Part shown: piece after piece, positions 39,685-50,114 of the stretch | Position numbering within the stretch: position 1 is the stretch's first letter | Layout of the letters: every line of letters starts with the position of its first letter | Sequence record: PZ540767.1 | From: a phage | DNA length: 64,000 nt | Direction: 5' to 3' (one strand) | The notes under the pieces: generated by a model | What the model saw: the letters and a program-made list of their open reading frames with translations, nothing else | The model's database searches: none | What the model was told of the DNA's origin: nothing | Position numbers and translations under genes: made by a program

Positions 39685-41562
39685 CTACTTAAGCCAGGTT
39701 TTCAGTTCATCACTGACTTTCGGATCAAGTCCGAATGCTTTTGGCCCTTTCTTACGAGAGGACATGAAGAACTGGAGTTCCCCTGCTGCATCTTTGGTGT
39801 CAGCACGGTTACCTTTGGCTTTAGTCTCTTTGAAGACACGATACAGCTCTTGTGCCTGCTCTTTGACTGTCATAGCCTTACCTTCTGGTTTAGCTGGAGA
39901 TTCAGCTTTTGTTTCAGGAGTAGTGACTTTGATATCACTGGCTTCACGAATGGACAGGATCAGCTCTGCATCTTCATCAGAGATGCCCAGTTTAGCCCAG
40001 CCTTTCTTAGCTTTCTGTTTGGCAGAGATTAATTCCTCTGCAAACTTCTGGGCAGTAGCCAGATCTTCAGCCAGATAAGCAGCTTCAAATTGCTCCCAAA
40101 GGAGGTCAATTTTAGTCTTCTTGATTTCAGGGGCAATAACTGGGGCAGGTTCTTTCAGATCAGCAGCCAACACTGGCGATACTTTTTCAGTAGGTGCTGC
40201 TTCTGACAGATCAGATTGTTCCAGTGTTTCCTTAACCAGATCTACTTTTACTTCTTCAGCTTTTGCTGTTTCAGTATTTTCGACCTTGGTATAGGTTACA
40301 TTGCTGCCATTGTGACCACCCACTTCAACCAGTTCAGTAATGCCCACATGAGCACCACGCAGAACTTTGTTCAGCAGCTCTTTACCCTCTGGGATAGAAG
40401 AAATAGAGCCACCACTGTTAACGTGGTTACGCAGCGATTCAGGCAGTACAGCAAGGATGTGGTAACCACATACACGCATTTTAGTGCGGCTGTATTCTGG
40501 TACAGCAAAGACGTCTTCAGGACGTACTTTAGCCATCACAGTGACGTTACCAGGGAAGCTGCTGAGATAGCCCAGGGAAGCTACATGGAGGCCATTAGAG
40601 CAGTCCTGACGGCGGTTAGGATCTACCAGACCTGGTTTCATGAAGACATAGGAACCCACATTCTGTTTGATGTTCCCGGAATGAACATCCACGAAAGTTC
40701 CATGCTTCTCTTTGAGACGTTTGTAGATAACGATACAGCCGTCATCTGCAATAGGAAGATCACCATGTTCGATGAACTTCATCAGGTCTTCAGCAGAGTG
40801 ACCACGATCTTTCAGAACAGGTTCCAGACGGTTCAGGAAGTTTACGAAGCCACGGAAATCCTTCAGCTTACTTGCTGCTTTCATCTGAGATGATAGCTTG
40901 TGAGCATGAGGAATCACACTACCTGTCTTGGTGTTGACTGCCACAATGGTATCAGGATCTTCATCCGTGATAGGTTTGTGGAAATCAGGATCATCAACAG
41001 TACTACCTTTGCCTGCAAGCTCGCGCATACGGGCTGTAGCCAGATCGATTTTCTGATCATTGGTGAGTTCTGCTGGTTTGGTTACCTCATTTGCAGGGGC
41101 TTCAACTACTTCTTTCAATGCTTCTAGGGCTTCTTCTGCTTCTACTGCCGCAGATGGAGCTTCCAAAGCATAAGTGAGGTCATCAGCTTCCTCTACATCC
41201 AGAATGGTCTGGCCTGGCTTGATACCCAGTTCCAGTGGCGAGATGTGAGCAACACTCTCATCCACCTTTTCAGGGGATTCAGTGTCGATGAACTTTTTGA
41301 CGAAACTTTTGGCAACACGGAAGAACTTGATAAGTCCCCCAGTGCCTTCTTCAGTTTCTTTGAACTCATTGCGTACCTTGATAGGTTCTGCAATGTCTAC
41401 AACCGCAGAGCCATCCACAGGGATGTACTTTTTGGCTGTTTCGACGATGTTCGGCAAACGAGGATCACCCTGTGCAATGGTCACAGTACTGCCATCCTCT
41501 AAATAGAGGACAGCATTCTGAGCATCGACAGAGATTCCTACGATGGTCACTAGTTTTTTCAT
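39685..41562 (-). CDS. rIIB: rIIB-like protein (by position downstream of rIIA-like gene), 625 aa
   Basis: Start overlaps rIIA-like stop; acidic/Lys-rich C-terminal half; no catalytic motif recognised. Confidence 0.4.
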   Translation of the reverse strand: MKKLVTIVGISVDAQNAVLYLEDGSTVTIAQGDPRLPNIVETAKKYIPVDGSAVVDIAEPIKVRNEFKETEEGTGGLIKFFRVAKSFVKKFIDTESPEKVDESVAHISPLELGIKPGQTILDVEEADDLTYALEAPSAAVEAEEALEALKEVVEAPANEVTKPAELTNDQKIDLATARMRELAGKGSTVDDPDFHKPITDEDPDTIVAVNTKTGSVIPHAHKLSSQMKAASKLKDFRGFVNFLNRLEPVLKDRGHSAEDLMKFIEHGDLPIADDGCIVIYKRLKEKHGTFVDVHSGNIKQNVGSYVFMKPGLVDPNRRQDCSNGLHVASLGYLSSFPGNVTVMAKVRPEDVFAVPEYSRTKMRVCGYHILAVLPESLRNHVNSGGSISSIPEGKELLNKVLRGAHVGITELVEVGGHNGSNVTYTKVENTETAKAEEVKVDLVKETLEQSDLSEAAPTEKVSPVLAADLKEPAPVIAPEIKKTKIDLLWEQFEAAYLAEDLATAQKFAEELISAKQKAKKGWAKLGISDEDAELILSIREASDIKVTTPETKAESPAKPEGKAMTVKEQAQELYRVFKETKAKGNRADTKDAAGELQFFMSSRKKGPKAFGLDPKVSDELKTWLK

Positions 41563-44036
41563 GGTTTAGTTCCGTTTTTGAGTGCACTTAAAACGATGGT
41601 TTTCAGAGCAGAAGCTCGCTCTGGGTATTGAATGAGCCACTGAAGGACACTTCCGTCACCATGCCCAAGGGCACGTAACATAGGGTCTTTACGCAGCACT
41701 TTCAATTTCTTGATAAAGGGTAACTCTTCCAGCCTACCCCGCATGATGGTTTGGATAGGATCCCAGTTTTCATCTGCGTTGAGTTTCTCATACTCTTCTG
41801 GAGTATAAGCATAGACAGCCACCACAGACGGAGTAAGAGTGAGAATACGCTCAAAGTAAGGATCATACCGTAGTTTCTCTAAACCAGGCAGTTTAATGCC
41901 GAGTTTAGTACACAGCTTGATATCCTGAGATGAGATACGATGCTGAGTAGCCAAGGCTTTCTGGCGTTCTTTGGTAACATACTTTGCAAATGCTTTACTC
42001 AATACCACTTGTTTAACACGCGGTATAAAATAGGCATCTACATCGATAGCACCACGGTTCTCAGCCATACGGCGTTCGATACCATTACGAACAACTACCC
42101 CATCAAACAAGTCCTCTGGTGTAGCATCCTTCAGATGAATAAAGCTTCCCAGCATACCCCCATGGATATCATCAATAGAGATGAAATACTTAGGGTTTTG
42201 GTTCACCTGGGTTGGCTCTTTACAGGCAGTAATTTCACCTTTAAGTTTCCAGTTACCGTTTTTCAGATAAGCAGAGACAGTACCCAGATTATTGCCTGGT
42301 TTTTCAGCTTTAATCTTGGCTTTTTTCTCACGCTTTTCCTTTGCTTCAAGGATTTCTTGATAGGCAGGATCCCATTCTACACCTGGGGTTAGATCCACTA
42401 CAGTAAACCCAAGCTTTTCCAGTTTTGCTGTGACAGCAGCAATCTCAGGAGCTTTAGCTCGTGGATCCACTTTCAGTGCCCATGCAGCATTGGAAGTTCC
42501 CTGAACATAACCCTTATATGCTGACTTACTCGCAGCAATACCTTTCAAACGGGAAGTAAGAAACACTACCTGGTTTTCAAGGTAAGTTACGATTTGAGTT
42601 CCTGAGAATGGAATACGACGCATAAAGCCATCGCTATAGACATTACGGCCCCACCAGGTATTTTCCTGGGTACTAAAGCGTAAACTCTTAACCGAGATAA
42701 AATCAGCCCCAGCAATACCTCGCATAATACGTTTGATAGTATGTTTGCGAAGGAATGCATAGATAGCTTCACGGGTTCTGTGAGTGCCATATGTGGTAGC
42801 TTTACGTAAATCCCACAGAGCCTGGTTAGCATATAGCCATTCTGGATTAGTAAACTGGTATAACTTTTTGAAGCCAACATGTTCGGCTTCTTTGAGTTCT
42901 TTCCAGTACTTCATACGAATAGAGGATCCCAGGTTACTACCAAGATAGCGTTTAACTACGTTAGGTTGGATTTCCTCCAGAATGTTGGCAGTACTGCCAA
43001 TAGCAGGTTGTCCCTTATAAAACTTACCTTCACGCATACGCTTGCAAGTAGCAGCAATAGAAGAAGGAATCTGAGCAATGATATCCTTTTCCATGGTTGC
43101 AACTAATTGCACACAGAGATCGGTAAGACCATCTTCAGTCAGTTTCTGACTGGAGAGGGCTTCACGAGCTGGGGTTAATGCCAGAGTATCAGGGGCTGCT
43201 TGAACCAGCAGACGTTGAATACCAACGATCTCCATAAACTCTGAGAGCATTCCAGTGGCTTTGCTGGTGGCTTCTGTAAACAGCATTGGGTAGATGACAG
43301 CACCATAACGCACAAAGATTCTGTGGTTACCCATGTACTTGTTGTACCAGACTTCATCATCTGTATTCCATGAACCAGGCTCCTGGGACATACCCAGTTT
43401 AGCCATAGGCTCAAATTCGCCACCCATCCAACTGAGTTCTGCATTCATTTCACCATGCATAACCAGATACTTCAGGTAGGTATGAGCTGTCTGGGCCTGA
43501 TCCAGGGTTAAACGAAAGCTGACAGTTAAACCAGAGCGGGTAGTAGGGACGCTAACCATAGGTGTAATACCTGGTTTGCCCCGGTTCTCTACTACTGAAC
43601 GAGCCATGTTATAGACTGTCTTCGTTCCGTTGTGCTCAGAAGTCACACGGAAGGCATCCACAAGTGCCCATGGAGCTTTACTACCCAAACCAAAGCCACC
43701 GGTAGTCTTACTGTCGTTACGCTTGGTGGAAGCACCATAGGTGCCATAGATTTGGGCGATCTTCTCCGGGGGAATACCCAGACCGTTATCCTGAATGATC
43801 AGTTCACCATCAGTGGTGATGGAGATCTTCAGGGGTTGATCGGTAGTACCAGCTTCGATATTAGCATCCCATGCATTACACAGTGGCTCACGAATAGCTG
43901 CCAGCAGCTGGTTTGAATACAGGTTAGATGACAGCATCATCAGAAATGCAGCATCCTCTACCATAGATACAGCGAGAGTTTCCCCAGCACCCAGAGAGGC
44001 AGAGGTCGATTTGTTTTGCATATCCGCAACTTGCAT
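41559..44036 (-). CDS. rIIA: rIIA-like protein with N-terminal GHKL (Bergerat-fold) ATPase domain
   Basis: 'EPLCNAWDA' (N-box), 'DNGLGIP' (G1), 'GGFGLGSK' (G2) in the first 130 aa; 825 aa. Confidence 0.6.
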   Translation of the reverse strand: MQVADMQNKSTSASLGAGETLAVSMVEDAAFLMMLSSNLYSNQLLAAIREPLCNAWDANIEAGTTDQPLKISITTDGELIIQDNGLGIPPEKIAQIYGTYGASTKRNDSKTTGGFGLGSKAPWALVDAFRVTSEHNGTKTVYNMARSVVENRGKPGITPMVSVPTTRSGLTVSFRLTLDQAQTAHTYLKYLVMHGEMNAELSWMGGEFEPMAKLGMSQEPGSWNTDDEVWYNKYMGNHRIFVRYGAVIYPMLFTEATSKATGMLSEFMEIVGIQRLLVQAAPDTLALTPAREALSSQKLTEDGLTDLCVQLVATMEKDIIAQIPSSIAATCKRMREGKFYKGQPAIGSTANILEEIQPNVVKRYLGSNLGSSIRMKYWKELKEAEHVGFKKLYQFTNPEWLYANQALWDLRKATTYGTHRTREAIYAFLRKHTIKRIMRGIAGADFISVKSLRFSTQENTWWGRNVYSDGFMRRIPFSGTQIVTYLENQVVFLTSRLKGIAASKSAYKGYVQGTSNAAWALKVDPRAKAPEIAAVTAKLEKLGFTVVDLTPGVEWDPAYQEILEAKEKREKKAKIKAEKPGNNLGTVSAYLKNGNWKLKGEITACKEPTQVNQNPKYFISIDDIHGGMLGSFIHLKDATPEDLFDGVVVRNGIERRMAENRGAIDVDAYFIPRVKQVVLSKAFAKYVTKERQKALATQHRISSQDIKLCTKLGIKLPGLEKLRYDPYFERILTLTPSVVAVYAYTPEEYEKLNADENWDPIQTIMRGRLEELPFIKKLKVLRKDPMLRALGHGDGSVLQWLIQYPERASALKTIVLSALKNGTKP

Positions 44037-44242
44037 TTGAATATCCTCAAGTAAGATTTACTAAGACTTTTAATAAGAAAAAGCCAGAATAAATCTGGCT
44101 TATTTGTTAGGCAGCTTGATTTAAGGCTTCAATACCTTGTGGTGTGAGGTGCCAGCCATACATCTGATTAAACTTGATAAGGCCAGCTTTAGCTAAAGCA
44201 GTCCCTGTACGGTTTTTATTAGAACGAGGGGCAGTACCAGAC

Positions 44243-44611
44243 TTAGCCATCTTGAGGAAGACGACTTGTTGCTTCGAGAGCGGCATTTCTTTTCCTTTCA
44301 AAACGTAGGTTTTTGAGTCCTCCCGGATAGCTATCAGCTATACGTCTGGCAAGACGATGGGAGATATTAAAGTGAGCTTCGGCCTGTTCCAGCGTGTGAT
44401 CAAAGAGATAATCCAGGATTTTAATTCTGGTTTCATCTCTGATCTCTTTACGCAATTCAGAAAGTCCAAGCACCCTGATTGCAGAGTCTATTGAGTTAAT
44501 AGATCTCCCCAAACAGACAGCAAGTCTTTTAATGGGCATACCTCGTAGGTAGTTATCAATCAGGAAGCTTTTTTCTTCTTTAGTCCATGGCCTCCTAATT
44601 GATGAGGCCAT
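44243..44611 (-). CDS. Putative HTH DNA-binding protein (122 aa)
   Basis: 'IKRLAVCLGRSINSIDSAIRVLGL' helix-turn-helix-like. Confidence 0.4.
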   Translation of the reverse strand: MASSIRRPWTKEEKSFLIDNYLRGMPIKRLAVCLGRSINSIDSAIRVLGLSELRKEIRDETRIKILDYLFDHTLEQAEAHFNISHRLARRIADSYPGGLKNLRFERKRNAALEATSRLPQDG

Positions 44612-44976
44612 TAGTCAGGCTCTTTAGGCAACTTGCTTGCCATAGCTTGCAGGGTGAATACAGCCATATCAGATGCCTGATCATCGCTGATTTCAGCTAA
44701 ATCAAAGTCCCAGGATTCATCCCACTCTTCAGCGATTCGTTGAACTTCACCTAGACCGGCATTCACCATGTCTTTGGTAGGCTCTATCCAGAGCTTTTCC
44801 AACTGTTCAATACGATCCAGCAAGACTGTGATCATTGCTGGTGAAGTGAGTTCACGCCATTGACTGATAGCTGTAACACGCTCATCCAGTTTCATGGTTT
44901 GAGTACTCAATGCCTGTTCAGCTACTGGAAGCAGCTTACGAAGGTCATGCATAACATCTTTGACTACTGGTTTCAT
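44611..44976 (-). CDS. Hypothetical acidic protein (121 aa)
   Basis: ORF with ATG; start/stop overlaps with neighbours. Confidence 0.45.
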   Translation of the reverse strand: MKPVVKDVMHDLRKLLPVAEQALSTQTMKLDERVTAISQWRELTSPAMITVLLDRIEQLEKLWIEPTKDMVNAGLGEVQRIAEEWDESWDFDLAEISDDQASDMAVFTLQAMASKLPKEPD

Positions 44977-45494
44977 ATGATTGATCCTTTGTTAACCCCA
45001 ATGCTTTCCATCGTTTTACGACGTTTAAACATTGAGATTGCTTTTGCATGTTCTTTACGGAATTCTACGATTTGCTCTGAAGATACCGAAGTGGGTTCAT
45101 CATGAGCTTTTAATCCTATTGACCTGATAGTTTCATGCATAGCTTCAGGCAGAAGGACAAAAAAGTCAGATAGACTGCCACTATTAGCTACGAGATCCCT
45201 CAGAAGGTATTCGTAGTAATTACCCTCAAGTTCTTCCATTTGACGTAACTGGTCATACCGTTCGTCAAAGGCTTCACATAATGAAGGGTGTAGTTGAACT
45301 ACAGGGGCATCCTCTATTACGTAAGTTGGGTGATGCTCCCCATTTCTGGTGAAATACTTAGAACCTGTTAAAGCTGTGTGTTTAGGCACTATCTCTTCGA
45401 ACACCCAAACTTTAAAGTCTGTTTTGGCTTTATCAAACATAGCCTGTTTGAAACACCGACAAAAAAGATCCATTTCAGTGGTCTTAATTATCAT
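44973..45494 (-). CDS. Hypothetical protein (173 aa)
   Basis: Track start is TTG; first ATG 45494 after ggggga RBS; stop overlaps next gene. Confidence 0.45.
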   Translation of the reverse strand: MIIKTTEMDLFCRCFKQAMFDKAKTDFKVWVFEEIVPKHTALTGSKYFTRNGEHHPTYVIEDAPVVQLHPSLCEAFDERYDQLRQMEELEGNYYEYLLRDLVANSGSLSDFFVLLPEAMHETIRSIGLKAHDEPTSVSSEQIVEFRKEHAKAISMFKRRKTMESIGVNKGSII

Positions 45495-46888
45495 GGTATA
45501 TCCCCCGTAAGTACTACCTGCAAACGAGCACGAGAAATAGCTACGTAGAGCAGGCGACGAAGCTGATCGATATCCCGGCAACGATTGAGGTCACCCAAGT
45601 CCACATAGACACGACGGAAGGTGGAACCTTGTGCTTTATGGATAGTGCATCCGAACACTGGACGTAGATCGATCCAGGTACTTTTAACCTTATCCAAGGC
45701 ATTTTTGATTGCGGTGAACTCTTCTGGGTTTTCTGCGAAAACCATTCCCTGAAGCTTCTTGGAGTAACGTCTTAACAGCTTATCTTTGGCCTTTTTATCA
45801 TTAGGCATAAAATAAGCTTGAACTTTCTCACCTGATTTAAAATCCTTTGAACCTTTACGGTTACGGTCGGTATAAACCCAGTGCCCTTCTTCCCCCAACT
45901 GTTTACCTCGTTCTAAACCAGTAAGGTAAACGAGACGGTCTGTGCCAATAGCAGGTAGGACATTCTTAATGCCCCCTACATAGCTGTTACAGATCGCATA
46001 GTCACCTTCTCTGAGCGTCTGAGAGCCAGTAACCTGAGAATAAATCTTATGGTTTACTTCGTTCACACGCTTGTTGGTAAAGGCCAGGAATTTGCTGGTG
46101 GAGTATTCCCATTCATCACGGGACATATCCCTGATCATCCCTGCTTCGAACTTACTACGTTCTACCCAGATGATGTTCTTACCGTCCACATTACATGGAG
46201 GAGTAGGGCCACCTTCAAGCACCCATTGACGAAGACGCTTAGATAACGCCTGTACAGGGTTATCGTCAGACTGTCTCATGATCTGGGTTAACTCGACCAT
46301 GGGGAAGCGTCCTTCTTCGAATACAGGCAAGTCACCTTCAGCAGTCTTACATTGGGCTTTGTCACCCATGAAGATTACTTTGGTGCCTTTACCCAGCTTC
46401 ATATAGATATGCTCTAACAAGGTCATATCGATGTAGCTGGCTTCATCAACAAAGACGAAGGTATTCCACAGCAATTCATCTGGTTTATGGGATACGAGAA
46501 CATCCTTATAAGTCTTAGGATCTTCTTCCATACCCAACCGAAGCAAGCTATGGATCGTCTTTGCAGTACAACCCATAGCATGTTCGAAGGCTTCAGCAGC
46601 CTTATTGGTGGTAGCTGTGAATTCGACGCGGGGATTACGCTGTACTTTAATCCCCAGTGCTTCCATCGTCTTTTGTACTTTTTCCAGATGTTCAAGCACA
46701 TACTTAATGACGGTGGTTTTCCCTGTACCAGCAGCACCAGATAAGACCATTACCTGATTACTGTTGAATATCATGGGATCTTCATCCCCCTTAAAGCGGG
46801 GGACATAGATATCATGAGGTTGATGTTTGTTAAGCAGAAAGTCCGTGATGAACTCACAGGCTTTCTGTTGACCTTGGGATAGCTGCAT
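45491..46888 (-). CDS. SF1 DNA helicase (Dda/RecD-like)
   Basis: Walker A 'GAAGTGKTT', 'VFVDEASY' Walker B, C-terminal 'TIHKAQGSTF' motif. Confidence 0.8.
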   Translation of the reverse strand: MQLSQGQQKACEFITDFLLNKHQPHDIYVPRFKGDEDPMIFNSNQVMVLSGAAGTGKTTVIKYVLEHLEKVQKTMEALGIKVQRNPRVEFTATTNKAAEAFEHAMGCTAKTIHSLLRLGMEEDPKTYKDVLVSHKPDELLWNTFVFVDEASYIDMTLLEHIYMKLGKGTKVIFMGDKAQCKTAEGDLPVFEEGRFPMVELTQIMRQSDDNPVQALSKRLRQWVLEGGPTPPCNVDGKNIIWVERSKFEAGMIRDMSRDEWEYSTSKFLAFTNKRVNEVNHKIYSQVTGSQTLREGDYAICNSYVGGIKNVLPAIGTDRLVYLTGLERGKQLGEEGHWVYTDRNRKGSKDFKSGEKVQAYFMPNDKKAKDKLLRRYSKKLQGMVFAENPEEFTAIKNALDKVKSTWIDLRPVFGCTIHKAQGSTFRRVYVDLGDLNRCRDIDQLRRLLYVAISRARLQVVLTGDIP

Positions 46889-46912
46889 AAATGCTCCTGG
46901 TTAAGGGGGCTT

Positions 46913-48094
46913 CTATACAAGCCCTTCCATTGTAAAGTGAACCACTTTGCCAAATTTTGGTACAAAGTTGGGGTTATCATAAACGAACCAGATTACAGGA
47001 CGTTTAGGATCTACCAGATTGTGCTGGCTGAGGTAACCATCAGTCAGGATAAACATCCCCAGTGATGCTTTATCACGGGCGAAGTCTTCGATGGTACTGT
47101 CGATGCAAGTACCGCCACCACCACTGAATTTAACATTGAGCAGATCACGTACTGTACATATACGAGAGATATCCTTGATATCAGTATCAAACTGATACAG
47201 CTTTATCTCGTCTGGTTTAAACAGTTTCAGTACCTGATAAACACCACCTAAGAAGATGGTGAACTCTTTCTTGCCAATGGAACCAGATACGTCAATAGCC
47301 CATGAAATACGTCCCAGGGACTTACCACGGCGTTCTGGAGCAGTGATATCGTGTACCAGCATACGACGACGAAGACGTGACCATGTACGGCCAGGCTTAC
47401 GTGTGACCTTCTCACAGAAGATCTTCAGATAGTGCTGCCAAGGAATTGGAGGATTCAGGAGATCCTCAATACGGCGAGCCATATCCTTAGTACCACGCCC
47501 AAACTGTTTACCAGTCTGGTTTGCCTCAGCCATTTCAGCTGCCATGTTAGCACCCAGTAAGATGCTATCAATTTGCTGCTTCTGGCTATCCTGTTCTTCT
47601 TGGGTCAGGGACTGTTTATTGAAATCAGGCATAGGGTTTTTACCCTTGTGAGTGCCTGGTTTCTTAGCCTCTTCCTGTTGAAGAATCCGGTATACCTGCA
47701 TGGTGGTCATACCATCAAAGCGGGAGTCTACCAATACCTTAATAGTTGTAGGCATTGGCATTCCAGACTTTTTCAATTCCAGGTTGATTACATAGTCACC
47801 AGCCTGGTTCCACAGATCTTCATCCAGATCGGCAGGGAAAGTAGTGCAGTGTTCATGCACAATATGCCCAACTTCATGAGCCACCACAAAAGGGTGTTCA
47901 GCAGGTTTGAGCATCTCCATGAATTTCTGGTTGTAATACACGGTTAAAGAATCCGTGTAAGCAGAATCACAAGGGTGCCCAGCGGGCACTTCCTTATGTT
48001 TTAATCTGAGGATCATTGAAGCCCAGAACACATACTTCTCATCCAAAGCCAGGGTAGTAAAGGCTTTGTCGAGGATCTTCTCAAGTGGTGACAT
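46913..48094 (-). CDS. vWA-domain protein with N-terminal HExxH metallopeptidase-like domain
   Basis: 'HEVGHIVHEH' zinc-binding-like motif; 'IDVSGSIG' MIDAS motif. Confidence 0.6.
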   Translation of the reverse strand: MSPLEKILDKAFTTLALDEKYVFWASMILRLKHKEVPAGHPCDSAYTDSLTVYYNQKFMEMLKPAEHPFVVAHEVGHIVHEHCTTFPADLDEDLWNQAGDYVINLELKKSGMPMPTTIKVLVDSRFDGMTTMQVYRILQQEEAKKPGTHKGKNPMPDFNKQSLTQEEQDSQKQQIDSILLGANMAAEMAEANQTGKQFGRGTKDMARRIEDLLNPPIPWQHYLKIFCEKVTRKPGRTWSRLRRRMLVHDITAPERRGKSLGRISWAIDVSGSIGKKEFTIFLGGVYQVLKLFKPDEIKLYQFDTDIKDISRICTVRDLLNVKFSGGGGTCIDSTIEDFARDKASLGMFILTDGYLSQHNLVDPKRPVIWFVYDNPNFVPKFGKVVHFTMEGLV

Positions 48095-48103
48095 TGTAAT
48101 TCC

Positions 48104-49156
48104 TTAGAAAAGTTCGTCAGCGTGGCGAGTACACCAGTTGCTTACCTCAGCATTACTGCCGAGTTTAGGGTTACGTGCAATGATGCTGCGCATTGAGATT
48201 ACCTGGTAGGACGCTGGCATACGCTCAATGAAGGTCATTGCTTTAGCAATGTTATCTTCAGCTACACCACGAGCCAGTACACCAGTCAGCGCATACATCC
48301 AGGATGGTTCATTAGTAGGGATACGAGCACCTTCAGGATCTTTGAGGATCTGTTCCATAGTTACTACTTTAGAGAAGTAGGTAACGAAGGTACGGAAGCT
48401 ACGTCCAGTGGCTACACCTACAGTGCCGTCGATCATCGGTTCCCAGCCTTCAATAGATTCCAGCGGGGTGATGAGCTTGGACAGCATAGACCAGGTACGA
48501 GCACACGCATGGGTATACTCGTTGGCATCCGGGTTGAATTTGTTGAATGCATCTGGCTCGTAGTTGAGGAATGCCACAATACGAGGATCCAGAGTTGCAG
48601 TGAACAGTTTCAGCCAGTACTTCAGGTTTTCTTTGATGGTCAGGTTGACCACACGAGAACCCAGAGCAGTACCCAGAGAGGATGCAATTGCACCATCATC
48701 TTCACGGTTACCAGCAGCCATGATCCACATACGTTTGTGTACGTGTTTCTGGCCTACTTTCTTGTCCAGAATGAACTTGTAGCTTGCAGCTTTGGTGTCG
48801 TCAGCAGCAGAGGTCAGTTCGTCCAGCAGTACCAGGAAACCAGCGTACTGCTTGCCAGTTTTAGGGTTAACCGGGATAGGATCACCTTCCAGCGGGATTT
48901 CATCCAGAGGGATGTATTTACCCTTGGTTTTGTCATCGTTGAAGCCCAGTACGCCATTCATGTCTACTGGTTCCATACCAGCCAAACGCAGGTCGATCAG
49001 CAGCAGGTTGTAAGTATCAGCTACTTCCTGCGCAATAGAGGATTTACCGAAGCCAGGAGCACCATACAGCATTGGTACAAGACCCTGCTTCATGATGTGG
49101 GCTACGGTAGTAGCAGCTTTGGAAATGTCGAGCGGAGTTGTCAGAGTCGTTGCCAT
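48104..49156 (-). CDS. MoxR-like AAA+ ATPase
   Basis: Walker A 'GAPGFGKSS', Walker B 'LVLLDELT'; adjacent to vWA gene. Confidence 0.6.
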   Translation of the reverse strand: MATTLTTPLDISKAATTVAHIMKQGLVPMLYGAPGFGKSSIAQEVADTYNLLLIDLRLAGMEPVDMNGVLGFNDDKTKGKYIPLDEIPLEGDPIPVNPKTGKQYAGFLVLLDELTSAADDTKAASYKFILDKKVGQKHVHKRMWIMAAGNREDDGAIASSLGTALGSRVVNLTIKENLKYWLKLFTATLDPRIVAFLNYEPDAFNKFNPDANEYTHACARTWSMLSKLITPLESIEGWEPMIDGTVGVATGRSFRTFVTYFSKVVTMEQILKDPEGARIPTNEPSWMYALTGVLARGVAEDNIAKAMTFIERMPASYQVISMRSIIARNPKLGSNAEVSNWCTRHADELF

Positions 49157-49157
49157 G

Positions 49158-49397
49158 TTAGATAGTCTCTACTTTAGATGCGGTGAATTTAATACGGTCG
49201 CCTAAGCTACCGTCTTTATTGATCATATAACCAATACCCTTACCACCTTGGGCAAGGATCTTGTTTGATACAGCAGACATTACTTCAGCAGTAATGACTT
49301 GAGGATCCATGATAGGCACACCATCAAGGATCACTTGAACAGTAATTTCTGGGGTAGTGTCGGTAGTGACACCGATTGCTAATGCAACATCGAACAT
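49158..49397 (-). CDS. Hypothetical protein (79 aa)
   Basis: ORF with ATG, tightly packed upstream of MoxR-like gene. Confidence 0.45.
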   Translation of the reverse strand: MFDVALAIGVTTDTTPEITVQVILDGVPIMDPQVITAEVMSAVSNKILAQGGKGIGYMINKDGSLGDRIKFTASKVETI

Positions 49398-49406
49398 GTG
49401 AATTCC

Positions 49407-50090
49407 TTAGCAGGAGCAGGAGAAGAAGTTAGGTTTCTCAACATTAGTGAGATCACGATTAAGCAATACAGACATTGCTTCCCAAAATTCAGCAGAAGGT
49501 CGTTCACCTTCCATAGAGGAACCACCCACCAGGTAGTTATATCCGTTAGGATCCTCAATGGCTTCTAACCCCTGATCAAAAAGTTGTTCAGCAGTTATGT
49601 CACCCTCATAGTCTGAGAGTTCTTCAGCATAGTTTTCCATGAACTCCCATGCTTTACCTAACTCAGTACCGATAGCTACATGGGTTTTACGTTCAGCATC
49701 ATTGAGATCATCCCATGCTTTGGATACTGCTACTTCATGGCTGGTTTCACGAGAATCAGGAAAATCAGGATGTTCCCAGACGTGGCGAAGGGAAGTGATC
49801 ATACGTGGGGCCATGACGAACCAAAACGCTTCCCCTGGTAATGGGCCTTTAGGAAGGAATGGGTCAACAATACCGTGATACGGTACAATTTTACCATCCC
49901 ATTCAATACCAGTGGCATATGCATGACCGTCAATAATGCCAATACGCTGACCTGGGTATAGGCCAGCACTTGCTGCTATTACTGGCTCAACACCCAAGTG
50001 AATAGCATCACGTTTTTCATCGTGTTGATGGATCATGCCCAGAGTTTCCAGAGCATCAGTATGGGGAGTACGTTTGTCATTATGGGACAT
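49407..50090 (-). CDS. Hypothetical protein (227 aa)
   Basis: ORF with ATG; no recognised motif. Confidence 0.5.
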   Translation of the reverse strand: MSHNDKRTPHTDALETLGMIHQHDEKRDAIHLGVEPVIAASAGLYPGQRIGIIDGHAYATGIEWDGKIVPYHGIVDPFLPKGPLPGEAFWFVMAPRMITSLRHVWEHPDFPDSRETSHEVAVSKAWDDLNDAERKTHVAIGTELGKAWEFMENYAEELSDYEGDITAEQLFDQGLEAIEDPNGYNYLVGGSSMEGERPSAEFWEAMSVLLNRDLTNVEKPNFFSCSC

Positions 50091-50114
50091 GATTAATTCC
50101 TTAATAGGTTGAAG

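Noticed and set aside
40216-41127. + strand ORFs inside the rIIB-like gene (40216-40893, 40900-41127)
   Set aside because: Antisense to a long minus-strand ORF in a uniformly minus-strand operon.
44107-44286. Small 59-aa ORF overlapping the 3' end of the HTH protein gene
   Set aside because: Overlaps the neighbouring gene by 44 nt in another frame with no clear RBS; kept as a low-probability candidate only.
48509-49165. 218-aa + strand ORF antisense to the MoxR-like ATPase
   Set aside because: Antisense to a gene with clear Walker motifs; translation is Val/Gln-rich and low-complexity.
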